64,000 nucleotides of DNA from an uncultured Rikenellaceae bacterium. GTDB taxonomy: Bacteria > Bacteroidota > Bacteroidia > Bacteroidales > VadinHA17. The stretch spans positions 66,881-130,880 of the forward strand of contig CAZEUL010000004.1 in NCBI GenBank assembly GCA_964514725.1, read 5' to 3'. Under the pieces are notes generated by a model. That model made no database searches. It saw only the letters and a program-made list of their open reading frames with translations, and was not told where the DNA came from. The translations under genes and the position numbers were made by a program. Below are positions 9,765-20,543 of the stretch, in pieces; within the stretch, counting starts at the first letter, position 1, and every line of letters starts with the position of its first letter.

Positions 9765-11120
9765 ATGAAAATCATTAGAATACTGGCCATTTTCATTTCA
9801 TCCTTCACAATTGCAATCAATAGTCCTTCACAGGTTGTCCCTGAAAGACAATGGCCCGGATACAGGGGCTATATGTTATCAGGTGTTCTGGATAATGCCG
9901 GACTACCGGAAACATTTGATTTTGAAAAAAATCTGAATATAAAATGGAAGATCAGTATCCCGGGGATGGGATTGTCAAGCCCGTCAATTTGGGGCGACAG
10001 ATTATTCATCACTTCCGCTGTAAGTGAATCAGATAAATCAGGAATTAAACCAGGAATTTATGGTGAAGTTATCCCTGTTAATGATTCCTCAATACATGAA
10101 TGGAAGGTCTACTGTATTAATAAATATACGGGAAAGATTATCTGGGAAAGAACAGCCTGCAAGGGAATACCTAAAGTAAAAAGACATCCCAAATCGACAC
10201 ACGCAAATAGTACTGTTGCCACTGACGGGAAACATGTTGTTGCATTTTTTGGATCTGAAGGTCTGTACTGCTATGATACTGATGGTAATCTTAAATGGCA
10301 GAAGGATTTCGGTGTCCTGAAATCAGCCTTCTTCATCATGAAGAATGCTGAGTGGGAGTTTGCAAGCTCTCCGATTATTTATCACGGGGTGCTTGTAATC
10401 CAGTGTGATGTCTTGGAAAATTCATTTCTTGCCACATTTGATGCTGAGACAGGGAGAGAAATATGGAAAATGAGCAGAGATGAATATCCAGGATGGTGTA
10501 CTCCAAACATTTACATGTTCAATGGAAAAACATATATAGCAGTGAACGGTTTTAAGCACAGAGGCGGTTACGATTTTCTGACAGGAAGGGAGATATGGAA
10601 AATGTCAGGAGGAGGGGATATTCAGATTCCATCTCCAATAACAGGGAATAATCTGATCTTTTTTAATTCTGCACATGGAAAGTATTCTCCCATCATGGCA
10701 ATAAAGACAAACGCAGCAGGTGATATCACCCTACGGGAAAATGAATTATCGAACTCAGGTGTTCTCTGGTATCTGCCGCGCGGAGGATCCTACCTTCATA
10801 CATTGCTGCTTTACAGAGATCGTCTCTACAACGTAAATTGGAATGGAACAATCATGTGCCTTGATCCATATTCAGGTAAGGAGATTTATAATGCAAAACT
10901 GGGAAAAGCGGGTAGCTTTGTTGCATCACCCGTTGCTTCCGATGGCCGTATATATATTGTAGATGAAATGGGAACAATATATATAATTCAGGATGGTGAT
11001 AATTTTAAATTGCTTGCAGAAATTCCAATGAATGAGGTATGTCTGACGGCTCCGGCCATAACAGACGGCTTTATTTACTTCAGAACACAAAATCATTTAT
11101 ATGCCGTAGGAAATCAATAA
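9765..11120 (+). CDS. PQQ-like (BamB-type) beta-propeller repeat protein, secreted
   Basis: Has a signal peptide, then WPGYRG, then repeated blocks of the form G.(I/L)(Y/F).....G.L.(C/A).D..(T/S)G...W. It is a paralogue of the propellers at 16394, 17506, 22303 and 23828. Confidence 0.8.
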   Translation: MKIIRILAIFISSFTIAINSPSQVVPERQWPGYRGYMLSGVLDNAGLPETFDFEKNLNIKWKISIPGMGLSSPSIWGDRLFITSAVSESDKSGIKPGIYGEVIPVNDSSIHEWKVYCINKYTGKIIWERTACKGIPKVKRHPKSTHANSTVATDGKHVVAFFGSEGLYCYDTDGNLKWQKDFGVLKSAFFIMKNAEWEFASSPIIYHGVLVIQCDVLENSFLATFDAETGREIWKMSRDEYPGWCTPNIYMFNGKTYIAVNGFKHRGGYDFLTGREIWKMSGGGDIQIPSPITGNNLIFFNSAHGKYSPIMAIKTNAAGDITLRENELSNSGVLWYLPRGGSYLHTLLLYRDRLYNVNWNGTIMCLDPYSGKEIYNAKLGKAGSFVASPVASDGRIYIVDEMGTIYIIQDGDNFKLLAEIPMNEVCLTAPAITDGFIYFRTQNHLYAVGNQ

Positions 11121-11130
11121 AATGAGTTTG

Positions 11131-14100
11131 CTATTCCTTTCTGATACCTGCAATCAGCAGTTCACTTTTTATTGATTCAAGCGAGACATACAAAGCCGTA
11201 AAACCTGTGACAATTATCAGGCTGATCATCAGCAGAATGGTCATCCATGGAATTTCCGGATTATTCTTTAATGAAGGTAAGGTTGAAATAATTGCTGAAA
11301 TAAATCCTATAGCAACTCCTGAGATAAGAATCCTTACGTGTTCCCTGAAAACCATATTTCTTATATCTCTTAGTGAAAAACCTGTCGCCATCATTATTCC
11401 GAACTCCCTTTTCCTATGAGTGAAGTTCCGGAGAAGAACAAAACCGAGTCCGATAACTCCAAGGATCAGACCTATACCTCCAAGTATCAAAAAAACAGAT
11501 AGATATGTATTGGTGACAACAAAAAAGGATGCCAGCCTGTCACTCGCCTTTTCAAAATAGACACCATAGCTGGAAAGTCTATCCGTTAATGTATTCTTAT
11601 AATACTCTGACAATTCTTCTTTTCCATTGACCAGAAAAATCTGATTACCAGAAACTGAAGGGAAGTACTTTTTAAAGTTTTCTCTACTAATTAATACAAA
11701 CCCCTGAAAGACAGAGGCTTTTAATCCTGCTGCAATAATTATGTTTATAGACTGCCCTGTTTCAGCTCTAAACTTAAGTGTATCACCTGGTTTAAGTTTT
11801 AGTCCGTATTGCAAGACTGTCTGGTCGGCAATCCCGTATAAAGTATTATCTCCTGCCGTTTGATGCAGAAAATCCCAAGAATTTTCAACAGATTGATTTT
11901 TCAATTTAGTTGAAAAGGAAAATGATCCTCTTGCAATGAATTCTGAAGGATCAACACCCAAAAGGGGAGGAGCAGTAATATGATTCAAATTCAGGCAACT
12001 GGCATCATTCCCATAATACTTCAATGCCTGTACAAAGTCAAGATCTTTCAGGCTGTCTTCTTTTAAGCCAAATTCTTTAATACCCTCTTTTCCTTTAAGG
12101 TCATAAACAACAGGAACAGCTGTCTCTCCCCAAAGAAGGAATCCTCCCGTCCCACCTGAAGGCTTCAGCATACTGTCGCTGATGGTCATTCTATTTACCC
12201 CAGTAATAATGACCGCAAACAGACCTGCCGCAATAAAAACAATCGGTGTGACTGCCTGTGCTGAATTGTAAGTGTAGAACCTTGAAGAAATGTGTTGATT
12301 AATTCGTATATCTGATAACTTTTTATTGCCAGACCCTATATATAAGTGTCGGGTAATTAAAACCATTGAAACAAAAAGAAATACACCTCCAGCAAATGAC
12401 AAAGAAGTTGAATAGGAAGGGAAAAATATAGCGCAAAGGAGGCATGAAACAGTAATTATTGAAAAAATGAGGAGTAAATTACGACTCCTTTCTATTGAGG
12501 GTCTTTGCATTTTTTCACTTTTAAGAGTGTTAAGGCTCTTTAAGAATGATCCTGACCTTAACCCGATAATTACCATGATCAAAGCTTCTGAAATGATGAA
12601 CCCGGCGGTGAGGATACCTGGATCAAAAGCAGCATTAAGCGTGTCCGTCTGAACCGTGCCCTGCCATACAGAATTAAGAGCTTTGATAATAAGCAAGTTA
12701 AATAACCATCCCGTAAATGTACCAACAGAAACCCCGATCAGTGATATCAGAAATGTTTCAAGATAGATATATTTCCGGATCCATTTATTTGTAAATCCAA
12801 GGTAAAAAAAAGCTGATAAATGATTCGATTTTGACTCGTAATAGGTTCCTGTTACAAGAGTCAATAAAATTAATGCTGACAAGATAAGAAAGAAGCCAAG
12901 GCCAAGAAATAAAGTACTGAAATCTACACCTTTACTTGCAGCTCTTAAAGTTTCAGCCCTGAGGTTGGTAATTGAAAATCCCGATTTATATGGGTCAAGC
13001 CGACCTGTAAGTTTTGTTCTTATTTCATTTTCTGTGACACCTTCGGGAAATCTGATCGCTGTTGCAGGTCCGAAGTTGCTTCCCCACAGTTTTTTTCCTG
13101 TTTCATAATTTATGAAAGCCTTTGGTATTCCTCTGTACTTGTTCCAGTAATCTTCATCTTTTCTACGTATCTGATTAAGGTCGATATTAACTCCGGCATC
13201 CCAGTCTGAGCATGACTCTCTTCCTGAGATACCTGGAAATTCTGGCATCAAAAGGGAATCAGACCAGACATCCTGGATCTTTTTTATTTCATAAACAACA
13301 AATTTACCGGAAATCTCCTCAAGTTTGTTCAATGGATCAGGTGAATACCACGTTAACGTGAGCGTATCGCCTCTTTCTGCTGACAGATCATTTGCCAGCC
13401 AATTGTTTATTATTATACCATTTTTATCAGGGATGGCAGGATATAATGAAGTATCAAGGGCCGCAATAAATGAATATGGAGTTGTCTTGCCTTTATTACT
13501 GATCCTGTTGGCGAGATATGTTATTACAGGACTTCCCGATGGAAATATTCCTCTGATTTCATCAATTGTTACCTGGTCAATGAATATTCGTTCTGAAATT
13601 ATTTCATACTCTTTTGTAGCTGGTATGTACCTTATCTTTAGACCTATATCATCTGGCTTGAGTATCTCAGCAAGACCTTTATGTATCTCTGATTCATCTG
13701 AGCCACTTTCTTTGTCAATAATTAGTCTGTTAATTTTAGGAATCTTACCATCTGATGTCAGCAGATCAGATCGGTTAATAAAAACATTCATAGGTTCTAT
13801 CTGGCTGATTCCAAGGGAAAAATTACCTGCCCGGACCTGGTCAGCAATTTTTGATATTTTAAGAACAACATTGCCGGTATTTGTCCTTTCTGGTGCAAAT
13901 GGAGCATCGGCAGGCAGGTCGCTTATTCCGTTGAAACGAATCACTATATCGTCTCCTGCTTTCAGGTCAAGATATCTGGCAAGCTTTTCATTAACAACTG
14001 CTTCCCCTTTACCGATTTTAAGGTTTTCAATACCATTAAAGTGCATGAAATCATCACCAATTCCAAAAATCCTTACATCAAGGGCAGACTGATTGGTCGT

Positions 14101-14397
14101 TAGTTTGGTACAAAATCCTGTTAACTCCAGCAATCCGATGCAGGCTATTCCGGTTTTTTGACTTAGTCTGGCCACTAAACCTGGTTCAAAATATCTGTTT
14201 GAGGAACTAATGACAATTCCAGCATTGCCAAGCTTTTCCAGTGATGTTCTTTTCAAACTGCTTCTCACTGAAGTTCCTGTCATCAGCGAACCTGTAATTA
14301 CTGCTGTCAGCAGGATAATAACAAGATTCAGATAAAGGACTCCTCTCTTGTTATATAAAATTGACTTTCTGACTATATGAAACAAATTCAATTTCAT
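11131..14397 (-). CDS. ABC transporter permease with two FtsX domains (YbbP/MacB-like)
   Basis: 1088 aa. An N-terminal TM is followed by a large extracytoplasmic domain and a four-helix FtsX-type bundle, and this unit repeats once more. The final block is REFGIMMATGFS, typical of FtsX permeases. It lies 10 nt downstream of the ATPase gene. Confidence 0.85.
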   Translation of the reverse strand: MKLNLFHIVRKSILYNKRGVLYLNLVIILLTAVITGSLMTGTSVRSSLKRTSLEKLGNAGIVISSSNRYFEPGLVARLSQKTGIACIGLLELTGFCTKLTTNQSALDVRIFGIGDDFMHFNGIENLKIGKGEAVVNEKLARYLDLKAGDDIVIRFNGISDLPADAPFAPERTNTGNVVLKISKIADQVRAGNFSLGISQIEPMNVFINRSDLLTSDGKIPKINRLIIDKESGSDESEIHKGLAEILKPDDIGLKIRYIPATKEYEIISERIFIDQVTIDEIRGIFPSGSPVITYLANRISNKGKTTPYSFIAALDTSLYPAIPDKNGIIINNWLANDLSAERGDTLTLTWYSPDPLNKLEEISGKFVVYEIKKIQDVWSDSLLMPEFPGISGRESCSDWDAGVNIDLNQIRRKDEDYWNKYRGIPKAFINYETGKKLWGSNFGPATAIRFPEGVTENEIRTKLTGRLDPYKSGFSITNLRAETLRAASKGVDFSTLFLGLGFFLILSALILLTLVTGTYYESKSNHLSAFFYLGFTNKWIRKYIYLETFLISLIGVSVGTFTGWLFNLLIIKALNSVWQGTVQTDTLNAAFDPGILTAGFIISEALIMVIIGLRSGSFLKSLNTLKSEKMQRPSIERSRNLLLIFSIITVSCLLCAIFFPSYSTSLSFAGGVFLFVSMVLITRHLYIGSGNKKLSDIRINQHISSRFYTYNSAQAVTPIVFIAAGLFAVIITGVNRMTISDSMLKPSGGTGGFLLWGETAVPVVYDLKGKEGIKEFGLKEDSLKDLDFVQALKYYGNDASCLNLNHITAPPLLGVDPSEFIARGSFSFSTKLKNQSVENSWDFLHQTAGDNTLYGIADQTVLQYGLKLKPGDTLKFRAETGQSINIIIAAGLKASVFQGFVLISRENFKKYFPSVSGNQIFLVNGKEELSEYYKNTLTDRLSSYGVYFEKASDRLASFFVVTNTYLSVFLILGGIGLILGVIGLGFVLLRNFTHRKREFGIMMATGFSLRDIRNMVFREHVRILISGVAIGFISAIISTLPSLKNNPEIPWMTILLMISLIIVTGFTALYVSLESIKSELLIAGIRKE

Positions 14398-14407
14398 TGT
14401 CTTTCAG

Positions 14408-15088
14408 CTATGAACGACCACCAGGTTGCAGCAAGCCATCAGTCAATGTTAATCGTATGGACATCTTTTCGGCAAGGCTTAAAGAGTGGGTAGCCAGAAT
14501 AAGGGTGATCCCATAATCCTTATTCATTCTTAGGAGAATGTTTCCAAGATTTTCTGAGTTTTTTTTGTCAAGCGATCCGGTTGGTTCATCCGCTAACAGC
14601 AATGATGGCTTATTGATCAAAGCTCTTACAAGTGCAACTCTTTGAGCTTCTCCACCTGAAATTGTTGAGGGATATTTGTCAGACAATTCTCCAATTCCGG
14701 TATCTTCCATCAATCTGGCAGCATACTCATTTCTTTCCCTGAATTCATTTTCATTCAACCGCGCCGGAATCAGAGGTATCATTATATTTTCCTTTACGGT
14801 AAGGTAGGGGAGAAGCAGATGGTCCTGAAAAACAAAGCCTATGTGCCTGTTTCTGTAAGAGGCAGATTCATTGATATCATAGCTGAGAACCGATTTACCT
14901 TTAAATAATATTTCACCATTATCAGGTCTGTCAAGAAGTCCAATAATATTGAGCAAAGTTGTTTTGCCGGAGCCTGAAGGTCCGGAAATTGAAATCAGAT
15001 CTCCCTCTTTAACCTCAAGTGAAAGATTATTAAGGACCAATCCCCTCTGTGGATATGATTTTGTCAGGTTAGTTACCTTTAACATCAT
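14408..15088 (-). CDS. ABC transporter ATP-binding protein (LolD/MacB/YbbA type)
   Basis: Walker A is GPSGSGKTTLLN, the signature is ISGGEAQRVALVRAL, Walker B is LLLADEPTGSLD and the H-loop is ATHS. Confidence 0.95.
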   Translation of the reverse strand: MMLKVTNLTKSYPQRGLVLNNLSLEVKEGDLISISGPSGSGKTTLLNIIGLLDRPDNGEILFKGKSVLSYDINESASYRNRHIGFVFQDHLLLPYLTVKENIMIPLIPARLNENEFRERNEYAARLMEDTGIGELSDKYPSTISGGEAQRVALVRALINKPSLLLADEPTGSLDKKNSENLGNILLRMNKDYGITLILATHSLSLAEKMSIRLTLTDGLLQPGGRS

Positions 15089-16382
15089 TATTATTCATAG
15101 TTTTATTATATACCTCTGAAAGTCCTTCAGACATTTTATCCAACGAAAGCTCCTGTTTTACACCTTCGCGTCCACGGTTTCCTAACCTGGAAAGTAATTC
15201 CCTGTCTTTTAATAACTTACAAATATTCGAAGAAAGTTCCTCAACCGTATCAGGCATATATACTATTCCTCCTCCAGTTTTTTCAATTATTTCAGGGAAT
15301 GCTCCAGTTGCAGGTTGTACCACAGGGACCCCAGCGCTGTTTGCTTCAAGAATATATAAACCATAACCGTCATATTTACGAACAGGGACGCTTATGATAT
15401 CAACGTCCTGAAAGAATTCAATTTTCTTTGTGCCCTGAAACTCAGGATAAATCTTTATTGATTTCTCAAGATGGTGTTCTCTTATTTTCCTGATTTGCTT
15501 GGAAATAAATGGTTTGTCGGCTCCCGTATAACCGCCGCACACCTTAAGTGTCAGATCAGGGATCAGTCCTTTGGTTTTTATATCTATGAAGGCATCCACA
15601 AGTTTATCAAACCCGTTATGATGATTCACCCGACTGAAATAACCCACTGAAGGATAGTGTAAATCATTTTTAGTAATAGTAAACTGTTCAGGATCAAAAC
15701 CAAGCGGTACCACTATCAAATTGTCACCTTTAAGCCCGGTTTTGCTTATGAAAAGGTTTTTATAATAGTTGCTGGGAGTGATGAATGTATCGACATATAC
15801 AGCCTCCCGTGCTATCATCTCCCAGGCTCGGGAACGATAAGGTTCCGCCATATCATCTATCCAGTCATCTTCATTGAGTAGTGAACAGACGATTTTAACC
15901 TTTATTCTTTTCCTGAGCTGTCGGGCAATTCCAAGAATCAAAGCATTGGATAAATGTATTATGTCAGGCTTCCCTTCCTTCATCAGGTATTTAACGAGTC
16001 TGTCTACTTCTGTTTTTCTAAAGGCATTATCACCTTCAATCATACTGATTGTGAGTTCCTCATAGCCTTCAGTGCTGGTTGTGCCAGCCTGTTTTGCTGC
16101 CAGCTTCAGAAAAAGAGATGAATCAAGGAATTTGTCAAAAAACGATGGCATGTTCCTTAGAAGCCTTACCTTTTCACGCAAATACATTGATATAGCTCCA
16201 AAAAATAAATTCCTGTCGAAACTATTATCAACAGACGTCCTGTCAGGGGGCAAATAGAGCGGTATTGCTTTTACCACTATTTCGGGAACTTTCCTTATAG
16301 CCCTGACATAAAGCATGTCACGGTAACAGTTTCCACAATAGAATGATCCTCCAGAACCAGTAATGAGATATACAATTTTCAT
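15069..16382 (-). CDS. glycosyltransferase family 4 (GT-B fold) protein with an unusual N-terminal FYCGNC motif
   Basis: The C-terminal half has the GT4 retaining-transferase block YGLYILEANSAGVPVVQPATGAFPEIIE...GGIVY (E-x7-E region). The N-terminus is MKIVYLITGSGGSFYCGNCYRD. Confidence 0.8.
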   Translation of the reverse strand: MKIVYLITGSGGSFYCGNCYRDMLYVRAIRKVPEIVVKAIPLYLPPDRTSVDNSFDRNLFFGAISMYLREKVRLLRNMPSFFDKFLDSSLFLKLAAKQAGTTSTEGYEELTISMIEGDNAFRKTEVDRLVKYLMKEGKPDIIHLSNALILGIARQLRKRIKVKIVCSLLNEDDWIDDMAEPYRSRAWEMIAREAVYVDTFITPSNYYKNLFISKTGLKGDNLIVVPLGFDPEQFTITKNDLHYPSVGYFSRVNHHNGFDKLVDAFIDIKTKGLIPDLTLKVCGGYTGADKPFISKQIRKIREHHLEKSIKIYPEFQGTKKIEFFQDVDIISVPVRKYDGYGLYILEANSAGVPVVQPATGAFPEIIEKTGGGIVYMPDTVEELSSNICKLLKDRELLSRLGNRGREGVKQELSLDKMSEGLSEVYNKTMNNNDVKGN

Positions 16383-16393
16383 ATCGATTGAAG

Positions 16394-17524
16394 CTATTTC
16401 CCGAAAGCCAGAAGCCTCCCGTCGTCTGTTAAGAAATAAAACCTGTCTTTTGTTACAGCAGGAGAACTGCTTACAGGCGAACCTGCATTAAAGCTCCAGA
16501 CCTTTTTCCCATCAACTATCCTTAGCATATACAAATTACCGTCATTGCTTCCAAAAAGCACATGAGCGGATCCCGCCACTGCTGAACCACTTATTCTCCC
16601 ATTGGTCCTGAATTTCCATTCAGACTTGCCTGTAACTGAATTATAACAATAAAGATACTTATCCTCGTTCCCAATCATAACCCTGTTGCTACCAACAGCG
16701 GGTGATGCAACAAATGACCCTGACTCCTCATTTGCAGATACTTTCCATGCAATTTTGCCCCTTGCTATATCGATACAATAAAGATTTCCTTCATAGTCAC
16801 CAAAATACGCTTTCTTATTAAACAGAGCCGGGGAGGCAGCAATGTAAACACCAATCTCTATGGTGTCTTTCTGCCTTCCTGTCAAAGGATCAGTTAACCT
16901 GACAATACCATCACACCCTCCAAAAACAATACTATTATCAGCAATTGCAGGTGTTCCGTTTACATAGTTTTGAGTTTCAAGTTTCCATAGCATCCTGCCT
17001 GTAGCGGGATCAACACAATGAAGGAAATAATCGTAACTTCCAAAAACCAGCCCGGCCCTTTTACCTGTAGTCCATACATTTGCTGATCCGGCAATTTGAT
17101 TTTCAGTTTTATAGGTCCAGACAAGTTTTCCTGTTAATTTATTAACAGCACGCATAATACCATCAGATGAGCCCACAAATACTTTATCATCAAATACCAC
17201 CGGAGGGGCTTCTATTGAATTACCCGTATCTAATTTCCATTTTATTTTACCATCGGCTGAAACAGCAAAAAGTGTTCCTTTATCATTACCAAAGAATATA
17301 AGGTTATCACTTACAACAGGAGAGGATTTTGATCTGGATCCTGAAGAAAGGCTCCAGATAAGCTTTGGCACCGATGGAAACTGTACCGAAGTATTTCCCG
17401 ACAGATCAGCTTTTCCTCTGAAAAGAGGCCATTCGTTATCATTCACCTGTCCTTCTGCATGAAGAAAAAACAGGATCAACAACAGGATTAATGTGTTTAT
17501 TCTTTTCAATCTGCAGAGATACAA
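16394..17524 (-). CDS. PQQ-like beta-propeller repeat protein, secreted
   Basis: Has a signal peptide and WPLFRGKADLSGN. Eight repeats of the type G.(L/I)(F/Y)A(V/L)...G...W follow. Confidence 0.8.
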   Translation of the reverse strand: MYLCRLKRINTLILLLILFFLHAEGQVNDNEWPLFRGKADLSGNTSVQFPSVPKLIWSLSSGSRSKSSPVVSDNLIFFGNDKGTLFAVSADGKIKWKLDTGNSIEAPPVVFDDKVFVGSSDGIMRAVNKLTGKLVWTYKTENQIAGSANVWTTGKRAGLVFGSYDYFLHCVDPATGRMLWKLETQNYVNGTPAIADNSIVFGGCDGIVRLTDPLTGRQKDTIEIGVYIAASPALFNKKAYFGDYEGNLYCIDIARGKIAWKVSANEESGSFVASPAVGSNRVMIGNEDKYLYCYNSVTGKSEWKFRTNGRISGSAVAGSAHVLFGSNDGNLYMLRIVDGKKVWSFNAGSPVSSSPAVTKDRFYFLTDDGRLLAFGK

Positions 17525-19194
17525 AATAGATTGTTTTTTGATCTTATAAAAATTCTATTCTCTGAAAAGGCTGGAGTACAATCGGTCCTTTCTCCCACAG
17601 GCGATTCTGAAATAAGCTGAAACTCCGGCCCGGCTTTGACAATATGCATGACTCCGCTTCTGTCAAGAAAATATACTTTACCATCAGCTATTATTGGTGA
17701 TGCATAAAATTGATCTTCAAAATAATGTGACCATAACGTATCTCCTTTTTCAGCATTATAGCAGGCTACATCCCCATTTCCGGTTGAAAGGAACAAAAAT
17801 TCATCAGTTGCAACCGGACTGGAAACATCCGGAGTAAATGCATTATCTTCCCATACTGTTGATCCTGATTTGCCCGGCTTCAGCGCAATAATCTTATAGT
17901 AATCAGTAACAGCATAAACCATTTTGCTATTTACTGCCAGTGATGGCGCCACATCACCGGATACTCCCTGAAGGCTCCATAATTCCTTTCCGGTAACAGG
18001 ATCAAAAGATGAAACATTCGGATTGCCGTTAATCAGAACCTGCGGCTGACCATCGAAAGCTGCCAGCACAGGTGAGGAATTCACCGGTCGCCCCGACCTT
18101 ATGGTTTCCCATTTTAAATCTCCGGATTTTAAGTCAAATCCCAAAAGCTTTATAATTTCCTGACTGTCGTACTGGACAAGCAGAATGTTCTCATAAATTA
18201 AAAGGGACCCCGAGTAACCGTAGGAACTTTGAGGGACACCAATATTCTTTCCCCAGATCAGCTTGCCATCATGATCAAAACAGACCAGATTGCCATTTCC
18301 GAAAATAGCACACACATATTTCTCATTTACTGCTGCTGTTGGTACCGCCATCCCTGCCTCTGCATCAGATTCAGGAACTTCTTTCGACGATCCGGGAAAC
18401 TCGGATGCGCTTGCAGTCCAGATAATGTTGCCGGCATTCTTATCTATACAATATACTTCACATACTGCTTCATCAGCACCAGTCAGGAATAACTTATCCC
18501 CCCAGATTACCGGCGAGTTTTTACCATGGAGTGGAATTGGAAGTTTCCATTTTATATTTTTCCCCTCTGATCCATTCCACTCTGTCGGAAATCCTGATCC
18601 CCCTGCAATTCCCCTGCTTCCTTCACCCCTGAAAAAAGGATAATTGACATTTCCCGGCAGTGTGATTCCTGAAACATGAGCTGAAGAAACAATTTCTCCT
18701 TTGGCGGATCTTCTTCCTGGTGATGGGAGTTCAGATCTGAGAATAAAAGAGGATATTATTGCAAGAATAGTAACTGCTGATGCAGATATAACAAGATACT
18801 TCTGGTTTTTGACTTTCTCTGCTTTAATGTCGGGCCTGCCGGTCAGTAAAGAACGTGGAGGTTTTTCACTGCCTGCAATCAATCTCTGAAAAAGAACGAA
18901 AATCAATGCACCTGCCAAAAGAAGATAGGAGCCCGTCTCAATCTGCCATCTGGAAGAAAAGTATGCTCTCCTTGCCATTAAGTCTATTGCCCTTACCTGT
19001 TCAGCTTTATCTTTATTATCAGGATCCTTTTCAAATTGTTCCCTGATAGTCTGAAGGGAAGGACTATCGAGTGGTTTAATTGTCTTAAGCTGAATAAGAC
19101 CAAACAGCATTGTCAATGCTATTAAAATGGTAAATACTCCTGAGACCAGGCTTATTCCCTTAAAAACCTTGATATTTTTCTCAGAGAATTTCAT
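17506..19194 (-). CDS. PQQ-like beta-propeller protein with a three-helix N-terminal membrane domain
   Basis: Three hydrophobic helices are present (GISLVSGVFTILIALTMLFGLI, GSYLLLAGALIFVLF, YLVISASAVTILAIISSFIL), then YPFFRGEGSRG and propeller repeats. I place the start at the ATG of MKFSEKN (19194), which overlaps the upstream stop as ATGA. The ORF track begins at 19233. Confidence 0.8.
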   Translation of the reverse strand: MKFSEKNIKVFKGISLVSGVFTILIALTMLFGLIQLKTIKPLDSPSLQTIREQFEKDPDNKDKAEQVRAIDLMARRAYFSSRWQIETGSYLLLAGALIFVLFQRLIAGSEKPPRSLLTGRPDIKAEKVKNQKYLVISASAVTILAIISSFILRSELPSPGRRSAKGEIVSSAHVSGITLPGNVNYPFFRGEGSRGIAGGSGFPTEWNGSEGKNIKWKLPIPLHGKNSPVIWGDKLFLTGADEAVCEVYCIDKNAGNIIWTASASEFPGSSKEVPESDAEAGMAVPTAAVNEKYVCAIFGNGNLVCFDHDGKLIWGKNIGVPQSSYGYSGSLLIYENILLVQYDSQEIIKLLGFDLKSGDLKWETIRSGRPVNSSPVLAAFDGQPQVLINGNPNVSSFDPVTGKELWSLQGVSGDVAPSLAVNSKMVYAVTDYYKIIALKPGKSGSTVWEDNAFTPDVSSPVATDEFLFLSTGNGDVACYNAEKGDTLWSHYFEDQFYASPIIADGKVYFLDRSGVMHIVKAGPEFQLISESPVGERTDCTPAFSENRIFIRSKNNLFCISAD

Positions 19195-20543
19195 TTTTTG
19201 TTTTTTATCGTTACCGGACAGAAGCTGAAACATTTCCCGCAGCTAACACATCTGCTGCGATCTGGCTCATAATCTCTCCGGATATTTCTGATTGTTTTTC
19301 TGTAAAAACTTAATCCTAGTGTAACTCCAAGGAATATGCCAACCCAGGGAGAACCCTTCATGAATCTGGCTTTAATCTGCTGTTCTTCAGCAAACAGCTC
19401 TTCCTCAGTCTTTCCTGATTCATAGAAGGCAATAGCTGCCTTGGATTTAGCTTTAATACCTTTTTCATTCTCAAGCCTTATTTCCCTTGCCAGTTTTACA
19501 TTATTATTTACCCGTGAAAGAACCGGTGCCAGATTATTGAAGATCACTGCAAAACCAGCAGCAAGAACCAGAATCAGAAGTATATAAAGGTAGCTTCTTC
19601 CCTTTTTGTCATTTGGTTTTTCTTTCACTTCAGGTGGATCGGATTGGAGAATAACATCATACGGACATCCTGACTCACACAGTCTGCAGTTCCTGCATTC
19701 GGCAGGAGTAATTGTCAGATGCTTCAGTGAAAACCTTGAAAATATTCCAAGCAGAGCACCATAAGGACATAAATATCGGCAGTAAGGTCTGTTTACAAAA
19801 ATCCCCACAACTAGAAGGAGAGACCCAAAGATAATCATTGTAAATGGTGCATTGATCCTGAATATTCCGACAAATGGATCATAACGGCAAATAACAAACT
19901 GACTTTCTGTGGCTGCAAACAGAACTGCAAGTCCAAGATAAACAAATGGTATTGCGGTCAAAACTTTCTCAACCTTTTCAGGAACTCTAACCTGCCTGAA
20001 GCCTGTAAGTTCCTGAATTGCTCCAAGAGGACAGACACCTGCACAAAAAACTCTCCCGAACAACAGGGCAAAAATCAAAGGTGATATAAAGAACAGAAGT
20101 ACTGACAATGGAATTGCATAGGTGCTGTTGAAAAGTGCAAGGGATACATTCTGAATCGACCCAATTGCACAAATACAACCCTGCCGGTAAAAACCAAAAT
20201 AAGCAAGTGAAAAAACTGATAACCAGATTAATCCACTACGTGATCTTTTTTTAATGGCCAGCCATGCAGCAACTACCATTGCTGCTACGAGAACAGCTAC
20301 ATCCATATATTCCCACATCGGACCTCTCTGATTTAGGAACTGGTGTGTGGGGAAATTGTATCCGCTTTCAAATTCTGGCCGCGGAAATCTTTGAGGCTGG
20401 GCATAAGCTTTCGGCTGCCATATAAAAAGCATAACTATGAGAAGTACCGGCAGATATTTTCTTATCCTTTTCAAATTTTTAACGTTTAAGCTTATCACCC
20501 CTCCAACTTTTTTTATTAACCAAATAACTTTTAAATTTTTCAA
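19191..20543 (-). CDS. integral-membrane polyferredoxin of the NapH/NosH/MauN type
   Basis: Multiple TM helices are present. There are two CxxxCP motifs (FCAGVCPLGAIQE, CRYLCPYGALLG) and two CxxCxxCxxxCP [4Fe-4S] motifs (CRNCRLCESGCPY, CVSCGKCFSFCPV). The start is uncertain: TTG at 20543 in the track, and an internal TTG giving MKRIRKYLPVLLIV is also possible. Confidence 0.8.
   Translation of the reverse strand: MKNLKVIWLIKKVGGVISLNVKNLKRIRKYLPVLLIVMLFIWQPKAYAQPQRFPRPEFESGYNFPTHQFLNQRGPMWEYMDVAVLVAAMVVAAWLAIKKRSRSGLIWLSVFSLAYFGFYRQGCICAIGSIQNVSLALFNSTYAIPLSVLLFFISPLIFALLFGRVFCAGVCPLGAIQELTGFRQVRVPEKVEKVLTAIPFVYLGLAVLFAATESQFVICRYDPFVGIFRINAPFTMIIFGSLLLVVGIFVNRPYCRYLCPYGALLGIFSRFSLKHLTITPAECRNCRLCESGCPYDVILQSDPPEVKEKPNDKKGRSYLYILLILVLAAGFAVIFNNLAPVLSRVNNNVKLAREIRLENEKGIKAKSKAAIAFYESGKTEEELFAEEQQIKARFMKGSPWVGIFLGVTLGLSFYRKTIRNIRRDYEPDRSRCVSCGKCFSFCPVTIKNKK

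Noticed and set aside
13325-14092. 255-aa plus-strand ORF inside the ABC permease gene. Similar antisense ORFs lie at 52938-53291, 54293-54808 and 54453-55157 inside the MMPL gene, and at 58060-58907 inside sucD.
   Set aside because: All are antisense to genes with strong family signatures. Their products are Ser/Ile/Leu/Pro-rich mirror-frame artefacts with no recognisable domains.
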